Of a stretch of 53,504 bases of DNA, positions 11,294 through 19,054 are shown in pieces. The stretch covers positions 1 to 53,504 of the forward strand of contig JAPDPN010000004.1 in assembly GCA_034506455.1 (NCBI GenBank), given 5' to 3'. The notes under the pieces are model-generated. The model was given only the letters and a program-made list of their open reading frames with translations. It made no database searches and had not been told where the DNA came from. Each line of letters opens with the position of its first letter. Positions within the stretch are counted from its first letter, which is position 1. This DNA comes from Candidatus Zhuqueibacterota bacterium (lineage in GTDB: Bacteria > Zhuqueibacterota > Zhuqueibacteria > Residuimicrobiales > Krinioviventaceae). Made by a program: the position numbers and the translations under genes.

Positions 11294-11701
11294 TTAATTT
11301 TCCCAATGCATGGTGGCGGTTTGCGAAAGTACTCGAGGCCCAAAACCGGGTATTATGCCCTGCGTGAGCGGAACATAGTTCAATCTTACTTGGCAGGATA
11401 CCTCGCCATTGGCATTCGGTCCGCTGATGGTGATGACGGCACCGTTAATGCGCGCAGCGGTGAGTACGTTCTGCGCCGCCGCCGTCGCTTGGGTAACTGA
11501 AGGCGCCGTTATCGCCGCTACCCGTGCTCCCTCGTACGCCGCACTGGTGATGACATTCATGGTCATCCACATACGGCCAAATTCAATGATGGCAACTATA
11601 ATGAGCATAAGCAGCGGCACAACAAGAGCAAATTCGACCACGGATTGGCCTTTTGTGCCTCGAATAAGTTTACGCAATCTGTTCATGGCCTGGTTTCCCA
11701 T
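11294..11701 (-). CDS. tadE: TadE-like pseudopilin
   Basis: Processing-type motif KG/QSVVEFALVVPLLMLIIVAIIEFGRMW in a 135-aa protein. Confidence 0.75.
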   Translation of the reverse strand: MGNQAMNRLRKLIRGTKGQSVVEFALVVPLLMLIIVAIIEFGRMWMTMNVITSAAYEGARVAAITAPSVTQATAAAQNVLTAARINGAVITISGPNANGEVSCQVRLNYVPLTQGIIPGFGPRVLSQTATMHWEN

Positions 11702-12204
11702 AAAATTTTTAGAAAAAAAGCAAAAACGCCTCCCGATATGGCGATTCCATAGGGGAGAGTCTCTGCATTAGGTTTGCACTTGCCTTCAAAAATCGACGTC
11801 TCATCGCTCGTTTTTACATCTATCGATTCCGTTTTCATCGAATTTATCCGGCGTCTTTTAAAGAATAATTGAATACTGGCCATGAGACCGCCTATTAGTA
11901 TAGTATAAAACAGTGCAACTGCAGCAAAGCGAATGCCCAGCCAACATCCGACTGCGGCTCCCAATTTCACGTCACCCGCGCCCATTGCATTGAAAAAATA
12001 GAGCAATAGAAAAAGACCGCCTCCTACCGCCGCTCCCAAAAATGAATTCATTAGACCGTCAATACCGAAATAGATTCCTTGTAGAGCCAAGCCTCCCAAT
12101 AACAACGGCATTGTGACAGAATTCGGTATTCGGCGTTCACAATAATCAAAATAAGCCGCCGTTAATAGCGGAACCGTAATGAGAATCGGCGAAATAAGAA
12201 GCAT
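11683..12204 (-). CDS. tadV: Flp prepilin peptidase (A24 family, TadV/CpaA type)
   Basis: A 173-aa polytopic protein with both catalytic-Asp contexts (AAYFDYCERRIPN and NAMGAGDVKLGAAVG). It has no methyltransferase domain, as expected for the TadV type. Confidence 0.85.
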   Translation of the reverse strand: MLLISPILITVPLLTAAYFDYCERRIPNSVTMPLLLGGLALQGIYFGIDGLMNSFLGAAVGGGLFLLLYFFNAMGAGDVKLGAAVGCWLGIRFAAVALFYTILIGGLMASIQLFFKRRRINSMKTESIDVKTSDETSIFEGKCKPNAETLPYGIAISGGVFAFFLKILWETRP

Positions 12205-12290
12205 AAGTTTCTAAAAAATAACATTCTTTTAAAATAATATAAATTGAATATTTTAATATTGCAATATAAACTTTTTGTCGCTTTTCATGC

Positions 12291-12494
12291 TTAGAACGCA
12301 TTTGCGATGCTGGTAATGAGGTCCGAGTTTGTATTGCCGATCAGCATCAATCCTACTATCGCAATCAAAGCAATTAAAAGCAAAAGAAGCCCATACTCAC
12401 CCAATGTCTGCGCTTTTTCATTTCGCCAATGCCGCCGAAACAACATCAAGGAAACATCCATTCTTTTTTTCAAATTTTTCCACCATGTTTGCAT
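12291..12494 (-). CDS. divergent Flp-family pilin-like protein (flp3)
   Basis: The core QTLGEYGLLLLLIALIAIVGLMLIG aligns with the flp1/flp2 motif QTLSEYALILVLIAVVAIAAVTLLG. The start is moved to the second ATG (12494), which is preceded by AAAGGAGAGG. The ORF track starts it at 12515. Confidence 0.6.
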   Translation of the reverse strand: MQTWWKNLKKRMDVSLMLFRRHWRNEKAQTLGEYGLLLLLIALIAIVGLMLIGNTNSDLITSIANAF

Positions 12495-12757
12495 TGTTCC
12501 GCCTCTCCTTTGCATAATTGTCCTCTTTGTTTGTCGTAATTATTGGACGGCGCATGTCCGAGAATTTAGACAAAGGAGCGTCCAATTTTCAGACCATGTT
12601 TTTCAATTTATAAACCATAAGAATCTAAAATTGTTCATGTCCTGAAAAAGAGAATGAAACCAATCTATCGACAAACCGATAGACCTAAAAACGGCGAAGC
12701 GCGAAGGTTGTTATGGGGATTGAAAAATGAGGGATGAGGAGGTAAAAAGCTGAAAAG

Positions 12758-12880
12758 CGGAAGAATTTACGCTCATACTAATAAAGCCGCAAACATACCT
12801 TAACCTCCACACGCATTCATTTGCATCACCTTACGGCTTCGCTCGTTTGCTTTCCTGCCTTTAATGAGCAAATTCTTCCG
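12758..12880 (-). other. long stem-loop (candidate attenuator or RNA-stability element) between flp1 and flp3
   Basis: A 17-bp helix with one 2-nt bulge: 12758..12776 (CGGAAGAATTTacGCTCAT) pairs with 12864..12880 (ATGAGCAAATTCTTCCG). There is an inner AAGCCG (12784..12789) / CGGCTT (12834..12839) helix. U-rich sequence follows on both strands. Confidence 0.35.
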
Positions 12881-12954
12881 TTTTTGCATGTCAATGGGCT
12901 CCTGCCCATCCGCGCCCGCACGGAGGCGGACACGGATGGGGTAGGAGGGAACTC

Positions 12955-13107
12955 TTACAGGGCGGCAGCGATGTCGTTCAGCACCTGGCTGATCTGGTTG
13001 CCGAGCAGCGTAACCGCGGCAATGGCAACAACGGCGATCAGTACCAGAATCAACGCGTACTCGGACAGCGTCTGCCCTTCCTCACGAACAAACAGGCTCT
13101 TCAACAT
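12955..13107 (-). CDS. flp: Flp pilin (flp1), 50 aa
   Basis: Absent from the ORF track because it is under 60 aa. The reverse-strand translation is MLKSLFVREEG/QTLSEYALILVLIAVVAIAAVTLLGNQISQVLNDIAAAL*, with the canonical G/xxxxEY Flp motif. The RBS AAGGAAGGAG lies upstream. Confidence 0.9.
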   Translation of the reverse strand: MLKSLFVREEGQTLSEYALILVLIAVVAIAAVTLLGNQISQVLNDIAAAL

Positions 13108-13248
13108 GGTTCATGCTCCTTCCTTTGGGTTTCAGATTAAAGATCTCGCCCTTTTTCAGCGCTTAGAGGGCAGCGGCAATGTCGTTCAGCACCTGGCTGA
13201 TCTGGTTGCCGAGCAGCGTAACCGCGGCAATGGCAACAACGGCGATCA
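12971..13248. repeat. 70-nt perfect direct repeat (12971..13040 = 13179..13248) inside the tandem flp genes
   Basis: The string atgtcgttcagcacctggctgatctggttgccgagcagcgtaaccgcggcaatggcaacaacggcgatca occurs twice, offset by 208 bp. Confidence 0.95.
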
Positions 13249-13321
13249 ATACCAGAATCAGGGCGTACTCGGACAACGTCTGGCCCTCTTCCTTCACAAA
13301 CAAGTTTCTGAGCTGCAACAT
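13163..13321 (-). CDS. flp: Flp pilin (flp2), 52 aa
   Basis: Absent from the ORF track. The translation is MLQLRNLFVKEEG/QTLSEYALILVLIAVVAIAAVTLLGNQISQVLNDIAAAL*. The RBS is AAGGAGAG. The predicted mature part is identical to flp1. Confidence 0.9.
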   Translation of the reverse strand: MLQLRNLFVKEEGQTLSEYALILVLIAVVAIAAVTLLGNQISQVLNDIAAAL

Positions 13322-13431
13322 GGTCGTCTCTCCTTCTTTTTTAGTTTAAACTTTTCGGCTCCAAATTGACACTCTTAAAAATCAACCGAAGCCTCCTGAA
13401 CCCTTGTTGATTGCTCTCGCTATTATTCTTT

Positions 13432-13447
13432 AGCAATGCTAATGCCA
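13432..13447 (-). promoter_or_regulatory. candidate sigma-54 (-24/-12) promoter of the flp/tad operon
   Basis: The minus strand reads TGGCATTAGCATTGCT, against the consensus TGGCACG-N4-TTGCW. Both the GG and GC dinucleotides are present with the exact spacing. It lies about 110 nt upstream of the flp2 ATG. Confidence 0.6.
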
Positions 13448-13954
13448 AACTGATCCTTTTTGAATCCCTTAAAGAAGAAGTGATTATAACATATTGATAT
13501 TAATAATAATTATAAAATCGAAAGAGAATCGATATTTATATTTGCTGAATAAAATAATTAAAAATTAGACACGATATATCGAGTGATGCACGAAATATCG
13601 TTTTTCATAATTTAAAATCTCCAATGCGCTAAACGAATTAAAGCTATTTGATTGAGTTTGTCAAAAAACATCATGACGAATCGACAACAAACAATGACAA
13701 ATTGAGCGAAAATCTTTAAGCTTAAAAAACAGTATCGGAATGGTGCATATAATATTCTGAAAAAACAAGAATTAAAATTGATTTATTGTAATGAAATTAA
13801 ATTAAAAATGTAACGTCTTGGTATAACAAAGTTGAAACTGAAATACAATAATGAAACAGATATTGGAAGCAGAGAACTTGATGTAAACACTTTTAAGCTT
13901 ACCTGGCGCTATTTTTTAAGCTAACTTTAGCATTAATTAATGAATTAAGGCATA

Positions 13955-15322
13955 ATGATTGCAATTAATAATATACAATATGGTTTTAAATTTTCTAATT
14001 CGCACCATAAGAACAGCTTGCGACTGCAGACCATGCACAATAACGATTCGAATTTAACCGGTTGCTATTTCCCAAATACCCATAGCCTGTCTGTGCTACT
14101 GCAGAGGATTACTTTCAGGGCAATGGACTTTTTGCAGGCTGAGGACGTTATTCTCTTCCTCAAAGATGGTGAGACAAAAAAGTATACCATTGCCTACGCT
14201 GCCACTCGAGCGGGCGAGACCTTTGCGCCCAAAGCGGAGCTTTTCGACTTTGCCGCCGCTAAAGAGTGCGTACGTTATCGTAAATGGGTGCAAACAGATC
14301 AGCGAACTCCTGAGGGCGTTCGCCCGTGCTTGTGGATTCCGTTATGCTGCGAAAAGGAATGCGTCGGCTTATTGTATCTAATTGATTGTCTGCCCATGCC
14401 TTTTGAGCGCAGCTTGGCAGAGCAAATGAACGCATTTGCCGAATTGTCTGCCAAAGCAATATACAATCATCAAGGGCCGATTGAAAAAGCGAAGGAACAT
14501 CAGCAGGCTGAAACTCGACGCGCTCAGCAGATGGAATCGGCAGGGGAGATGAAAGGTGTCGCTGCAGCTAAAATCGGTCACGAAATCAATAATTTCGTCG
14601 CTGCTGTTAACGCCAACCTTGAGCTTGCATTGGATTTGCTCAACAATGACGGAGAAACCGGCGAAATAAAAGAGCGGATTCTTAAAGCCCAGCAGCTTTT
14701 GATGCAGATTGCACCATTAACCGGCGGCTTGATGTGCAGCTGCATGATGCAGCCGGCTTTTGAAGTAAAAAGTGTTAATCAAGTCGTCAAGGGCTTTATC
14801 GAGTCAATCAAGCCTGTCTATCAGCGCACCGGCGTCAAGTTTCTCTGTCGCCTGCAGCCTAATCTGCCTCTGCTGCGGCTGGATCCACGCCTGCTGAGTC
14901 AGGTTTTGTTCAATCTCTGCAAAAACGCCGTTGAGGCACGGAAGGACGCGCAAATTGTCATCTCAACTCGGTTCGATGCCTGCGAAAGATGCATTCTTTT
15001 AACCATACAGGACAACGGCCCCGGGTTTTCTCCCGAAAAGCTGCAGCGTTTGTTTGCAGAACCATTTACGGATAAGGCAAACGGGCACGGCCTGGGATTG
15101 GCAATCTGCCGCGATATCATAGAAAAACACGGCGGCAGCATTCAGGCCGCCAACGCGGAATGTGGCGGCGCCTGCTTTACCATTCGCCTGCCTCTGCCGC
15201 ACCATGAAGATTATAAGGGATTGGAATTTGAACGCATCGAGCAACCTTGCAGACCCTACGACGATGCGAAGCATCAAAATCCGCGCTCATTGGTGACGCT
15301 TTCCCACGAAAAAGTCAATTAG
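13955..15322 (+). CDS. soluble sensor histidine kinase (GAF-like N-domain, HisKA, HATPase_c)
   Basis: H-box GHEINNFVAAV, N-box LFNLCKNAVEA, G1 IQDNGPGF and G2 GHGLGLAICRDIIEKHGG. I see no TM segments. The start is uncertain because the first ~26 codons are AT-rich; an alternative ATG lies at 14033. Confidence 0.85.
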   Translation: MIAINNIQYGFKFSNSHHKNSLRLQTMHNNDSNLTGCYFPNTHSLSVLLQRITFRAMDFLQAEDVILFLKDGETKKYTIAYAATRAGETFAPKAELFDFAAAKECVRYRKWVQTDQRTPEGVRPCLWIPLCCEKECVGLLYLIDCLPMPFERSLAEQMNAFAELSAKAIYNHQGPIEKAKEHQQAETRRAQQMESAGEMKGVAAAKIGHEINNFVAAVNANLELALDLLNNDGETGEIKERILKAQQLLMQIAPLTGGLMCSCMMQPAFEVKSVNQVVKGFIESIKPVYQRTGVKFLCRLQPNLPLLRLDPRLLSQVLFNLCKNAVEARKDAQIVISTRFDACERCILLTIQDNGPGFSPEKLQRLFAEPFTDKANGHGLGLAICRDIIEKHGGSIQAANAECGGACFTIRLPLPHHEDYKGLEFERIEQPCRPYDDAKHQNPRSLVTLSHEKVN

Positions 15323-15328
15323 CTCCTC

Positions 15329-16729
15329 TTATCTTCCGCAGGTCAAATCGATCATTCGCAAAATTGCCCGGCGGCAAACCGGGCAAAAGTCCGTTAAGGA
15401 TTTGCTGAACATACGGCAGTTCAACGCCGGTCTGTAAATTCCGGTCGAGGCATACCCTGCGCCTTCGAAAGAGCCGACAATTCCAGTGAGATTAGGATCA
15501 CTGAGTATTGCGTCAAGCTGCTTTTGCAGTTCCCCGCGCTTTTTCGGGTCTTTTTCTTTCGCCGAGGCAAGAGCCAAAGAATCGAATGCCGTCTTGTTCC
15601 AGGGCGTGGGGACCAAAACGCCCTGGGTAAGCATTTTTCTCCATTTGCAGCCGCCGTCCGCGTTCAGCGTCGAAATGTTCGGTTCCCAAGGTTCGACATC
15701 AAGAGGATAAAGGTCATTGTAGGCGACTACCGAATTATAGTATTCATCGGCCAGGCCGGCAAAAGAATGACCGAATTCATGGACAAACACATACTCGGCC
15801 CACCATTCCGGCTCCTTTGTTTCTCTACCTGCATAGCACACAGCGAATTGATTGAAAATTCCGCCGCCGCCATATTGAGATGAGTTGATGAGCACATAAA
15901 CGGCGTCATAAGGCGCGGCTGCGGCGATGTCGCGCAGGGCCTGATTTTCCGGACAAAGAACATAGCGCTGGACGTTAAACGTGTTGTAGCGGCAGCCGAG
16001 AGCTGTCTCTTTCCAAATCCCTGCGCGCGGATCGTCGATGCCCGAATTTTGGGAAGGCGCCTCGATGAGACGAATATTGAAATCGGTGCGATGTTCCTTG
16101 AACGGTTCAACCGAAAACAGGACATCGACAAATCGGCGTGCGTCGCGGCGCAGCTTGCCCATTTCTTTGCGGTGATAGCCGTCGCCGAGAATCACCAGAT
16201 CCACTTTGCTTTTAGGGTCGCCGTTGATGACCAGATTGCGGACAAGGCCGCGGGTACGGCAGGGCTCGCGCCGGATATCAGTCGAGGCCGGATCGACGGC
16301 CAAGGACCAAAGAGGCGCAAACTCGTTGCGGCGATTTCGCTTCAAAAATTCGAGCCGCACCGGTTTGCGGGGAAAGGGGATTCGCACGGATTCGTGCATG
16401 GCTCGCCGTAGTCCGTTTAAGGCTTCTTCCGTAGTCTGCCATTCGCCGAATACCGAGCAAAAACCGTGTGCATAAAGAAGCTGACCGCTTTCCTGATCAT
16501 ACACCTGCACGCAATACTGACCGAGATCGAGCGTTTCGGTCAATCTCGCGGTTCGGCCCGGCCAGGCTCCCTCTTCGATGAGCGCCGCCAGGCCGATCTC
16601 TTCTACTCGGCCGTCGCCGCAGTGAACATAATCGACGCGCAGTGTTTTGTCTTCAAACCAGTGATAAAAACCGTTTTCTTTGGCGATGATAATGCCTGAA
16701 AGAGTAAAAAGAAACACAACAATTTTCAT
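15329..16729 (-). CDS. secreted zinc metallopeptidase, M64 (IgA-peptidase-like) family
   Basis: HExxH in the context YVFVHEFGHSFAGLADEY, plus an M64_N-like N-domain. The start is moved to MKIVVFLFTLSGIIIA (a signal peptide) at 16729, preceded by GAGGAAAG. The longer track ORF would overlap the upstream gene. Confidence 0.8.
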   Translation of the reverse strand: MKIVVFLFTLSGIIIAKENGFYHWFEDKTLRVDYVHCGDGRVEEIGLAALIEEGAWPGRTARLTETLDLGQYCVQVYDQESGQLLYAHGFCSVFGEWQTTEEALNGLRRAMHESVRIPFPRKPVRLEFLKRNRRNEFAPLWSLAVDPASTDIRREPCRTRGLVRNLVINGDPKSKVDLVILGDGYHRKEMGKLRRDARRFVDVLFSVEPFKEHRTDFNIRLIEAPSQNSGIDDPRAGIWKETALGCRYNTFNVQRYVLCPENQALRDIAAAAPYDAVYVLINSSQYGGGGIFNQFAVCYAGRETKEPEWWAEYVFVHEFGHSFAGLADEYYNSVVAYNDLYPLDVEPWEPNISTLNADGGCKWRKMLTQGVLVPTPWNKTAFDSLALASAKEKDPKKRGELQKQLDAILSDPNLTGIVGSFEGAGYASTGIYRPALNCRMFSKSLTDFCPVCRRAILRMIDLTCGR

Positions 16730-16737
16730 GACTTTCC

Positions 16738-18993
16738 TCAATAAAGGGTTCGTGCAAGGATTTCCTGCTGAATGTCCGGCGCCAAGTCGATAAAACGGGC
16801 GCTGTATCCGCCGACGCGGACAATGAGGTTGGCATATTTTTCGGGATGAACGAGCGCCTCTTCGAGTTCGTTGCGGCTCACGACGTTGAGCATCGCCTGC
16901 GCGCCGCCCATCTCCCAATAGACCTCGAGCAGCTGGTCCACCTCGCGGCGATTGCGCGTGAACAGCTCCCGCGACAACTTGATATTCTGCACCGCACCGG
17001 CGTGCAGACTGACGGGCGGCTTGACGATCGAGTTGAGAAAAGCGGTGATGCCGTCGGTATCGGCGCCGCTCGAGGGCGCGTTACCGTTGTTCATGGGCGT
17101 AAAGGCCAGGCGACCGTCCGGGGAAGCTGCCGTATATCTTCCCATGACTGTATTGGCATTGTTGTTAATGACGACCACCAGGTAGGAATCCAATCCCACC
17201 CTCTGAGCCTGATTGCGGGTGACTGTAAAAACATGCCGGTCGACTGAGACGAGCATTTCATCGGCTTCATCCAGGTCATTGCCGTATTTGGGCGCTTGGA
17301 CGAGAAGCCGCCTTTCCCGGCCAAAACCGACGAAATTTGCGTCGAGCATTTGTCGCAGCTGCGCAAGGGAGAAGCGTTTTTCTTGGAAAACCAGTTTCCG
17401 GATTGCCGTCAGGCTGTCGGCCGTGTTGCTGTTGCCGTAGGTTTCCAATGTGCCCCCTAAATATCGGAGGCCGCCGTCGAAAACCGCCTTGCCGCGTTCC
17501 AGACAGTCGTCCATAAGCAGCGTAAGATAGAGAAAAGGCGCCGTTTGTCCGGCAATGCGATATTCGAGCGCTTCCTGCTCAGCCAAAACCTCAACGTGCC
17601 GTTCCACTTGGCGGCGATAAGCATCCCAAAGCGATTCGAAAGAGTCGATGATCGGCAGCTCATCGGCAGGTATGCCCATGGGAATGCGCCGTGTGGGGTC
17701 GATTCCGTGATTCAGCGTGACCAGAAGAGCCTGCAAAAGATTGATGACGCCGCTCGGCGTGCCGAAGCTTTTATGCTCGAGCACGTACTCGCCGCAGCCG
17801 AACGGCACATAGTTCGTCGCCTCGTCTTCCGAAACATCAAATGCCGCTGCAACGGCCGGAATGTTCACGTCGTCGTTATAGAGAATCGGATAAGGATTGT
17901 TACTGGAAATACAATCGAGTGCTCTTTGATAAAGCAGGGGATTTTGCCCTTTATAAAAGCGCAGCGACAATTGCGGCATGACCAATCGGGTGCGACGGGT
18001 CGCTTCGATGCACAAAAGCGCGAGGCGATCGGCGACTGCCTCATTGGCGCGGCCCTTACCTCCGATAATGACGCGCGAGTCGAACATCCAAACGCCGTTT
18101 TCGCGCTCGGCCATCAGGCGCCAGAGCGAGCTCAGCAGCGCCACGACGCTTTCCTCCGAAAGTCCTGCGGCTTTATCAGCAGCGTACAATTCAACAAACG
18201 TGCGATCAAAGCGTCCATAGTTGGCATTGCCGGAGAGCAGAGCATAAAGCCAACACAGCTGGAGTCCTTGATGCAGTGTTTCCGGCGGTTTTTCTGAAAT
18301 GTGGAGGAGGCAGCGGACGAGCTCGGCGCGCACGTCGGCGGGCAAATCGGACTGCTGCGCTTTTTCAGCATACCAAAGACAGACCTCGGCGAGCAGGTCG
18401 ATGCTGCCGACGAGTGCGCGATAGAGCGCAGCCCCTGCAGGTTTGCGCTGCATATGCTCCTCCAGCTCGCGACGCAGGCCGCCGATGCCGAGGCGGATCA
18501 ATTTGGCATAATCTAACGTCGACCCAGCCATACGGTAAAGGGGAAAGGCAATGCCCGATTCGAAGTTCCAATTGTCGCTGGGCAGGAGTTTGGCCAGTTC
18601 GCCCGAGTAGGCGCGCCGCGTTTTGGCAGCCGTATGGTTTTCCCGCCAAAAATCGAGAAGAACCGTCAGCCGACTGCGCAGTTCATCGGAAAGCTCCGGT
18701 TCGCGCAGCAAAGCGACAAACTCCTCTTCTTTCAGGTAATAGCCGAAGCCGCTGCCCATCTGCGGCGAAAAGCCCACCGGCGCATGCAGCACACGGCCGA
18801 CGAACCGATCTTCAGGCTGAGGCGGCAGCAAAACAGCGGGGTATTGAGCGCAAAGACAGGCGAGCTCCCGCTCGATTGGAGCGTCATCACCGAACGCAAG
18901 ATAGATTCGGGTAAACTCGAGAATTTGCCGAGCTGTTTTTTCTGCACCGTTTTTCGGCGTAAAGGTAATGTCGACGGCGGATTCAAGGGTCAT
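16738..18993 (-). CDS. glycyl radical enzyme, PFL2/dehydratase-lyase-like, substrate unknown
   Basis: C-terminal glycyl-radical motif LIVRVGGYSARFIDL and active-site loop VPFGCGEYVLE (Cys-x-Glu type). The start is set at MTLESAV (18993), the first ATG after the activase stop. No ATG, GTG or TTG occurs in frame between 18994 and 19054. Confidence 0.85.
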   Translation of the reverse strand: MTLESAVDITFTPKNGAEKTARQILEFTRIYLAFGDDAPIERELACLCAQYPAVLLPPQPEDRFVGRVLHAPVGFSPQMGSGFGYYLKEEEFVALLREPELSDELRSRLTVLLDFWRENHTAAKTRRAYSGELAKLLPSDNWNFESGIAFPLYRMAGSTLDYAKLIRLGIGGLRRELEEHMQRKPAGAALYRALVGSIDLLAEVCLWYAEKAQQSDLPADVRAELVRCLLHISEKPPETLHQGLQLCWLYALLSGNANYGRFDRTFVELYAADKAAGLSEESVVALLSSLWRLMAERENGVWMFDSRVIIGGKGRANEAVADRLALLCIEATRRTRLVMPQLSLRFYKGQNPLLYQRALDCISSNNPYPILYNDDVNIPAVAAAFDVSEDEATNYVPFGCGEYVLEHKSFGTPSGVINLLQALLVTLNHGIDPTRRIPMGIPADELPIIDSFESLWDAYRRQVERHVEVLAEQEALEYRIAGQTAPFLYLTLLMDDCLERGKAVFDGGLRYLGGTLETYGNSNTADSLTAIRKLVFQEKRFSLAQLRQMLDANFVGFGRERRLLVQAPKYGNDLDEADEMLVSVDRHVFTVTRNQAQRVGLDSYLVVVINNNANTVMGRYTAASPDGRLAFTPMNNGNAPSSGADTDGITAFLNSIVKPPVSLHAGAVQNIKLSRELFTRNRREVDQLLEVYWEMGGAQAMLNVVSRNELEEALVHPEKYANLIVRVGGYSARFIDLAPDIQQEILARTLY

Positions 18994-19054
18994 GCGATGC
19001 CTATTTAAAACAAGATTTTTGGAAAAATCCGGGATCTTTTTGTAATAATTCTGA

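Noticed and set aside
12571-12586. Second sigma-54-like element (minus strand TGGACGCTCCTTTGT) upstream of flp3
   Set aside because: The -12 element reads TTGT, not TTGC, and the -24 element is TGGAC. The invariant GC is missing, so I treat it as chance.
12800-12889. 29-aa basic minus-strand ORF (MQKRKNLLIKGRKANERSRKVMQMNACGG) with an AGGAG upstream
   Set aside because: It lies inside the predicted long stem-loop and has no recognisable family. It is more economically explained as non-coding structured RNA.
12821-13369. 182-aa plus-strand ORF covering the flp region
   Set aside because: It has no RBS and no motifs. Both flp genes on the opposite strand have strong SD sequences and the canonical Flp motif. 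The ORF owes its length to the duplicated antisense sequence.
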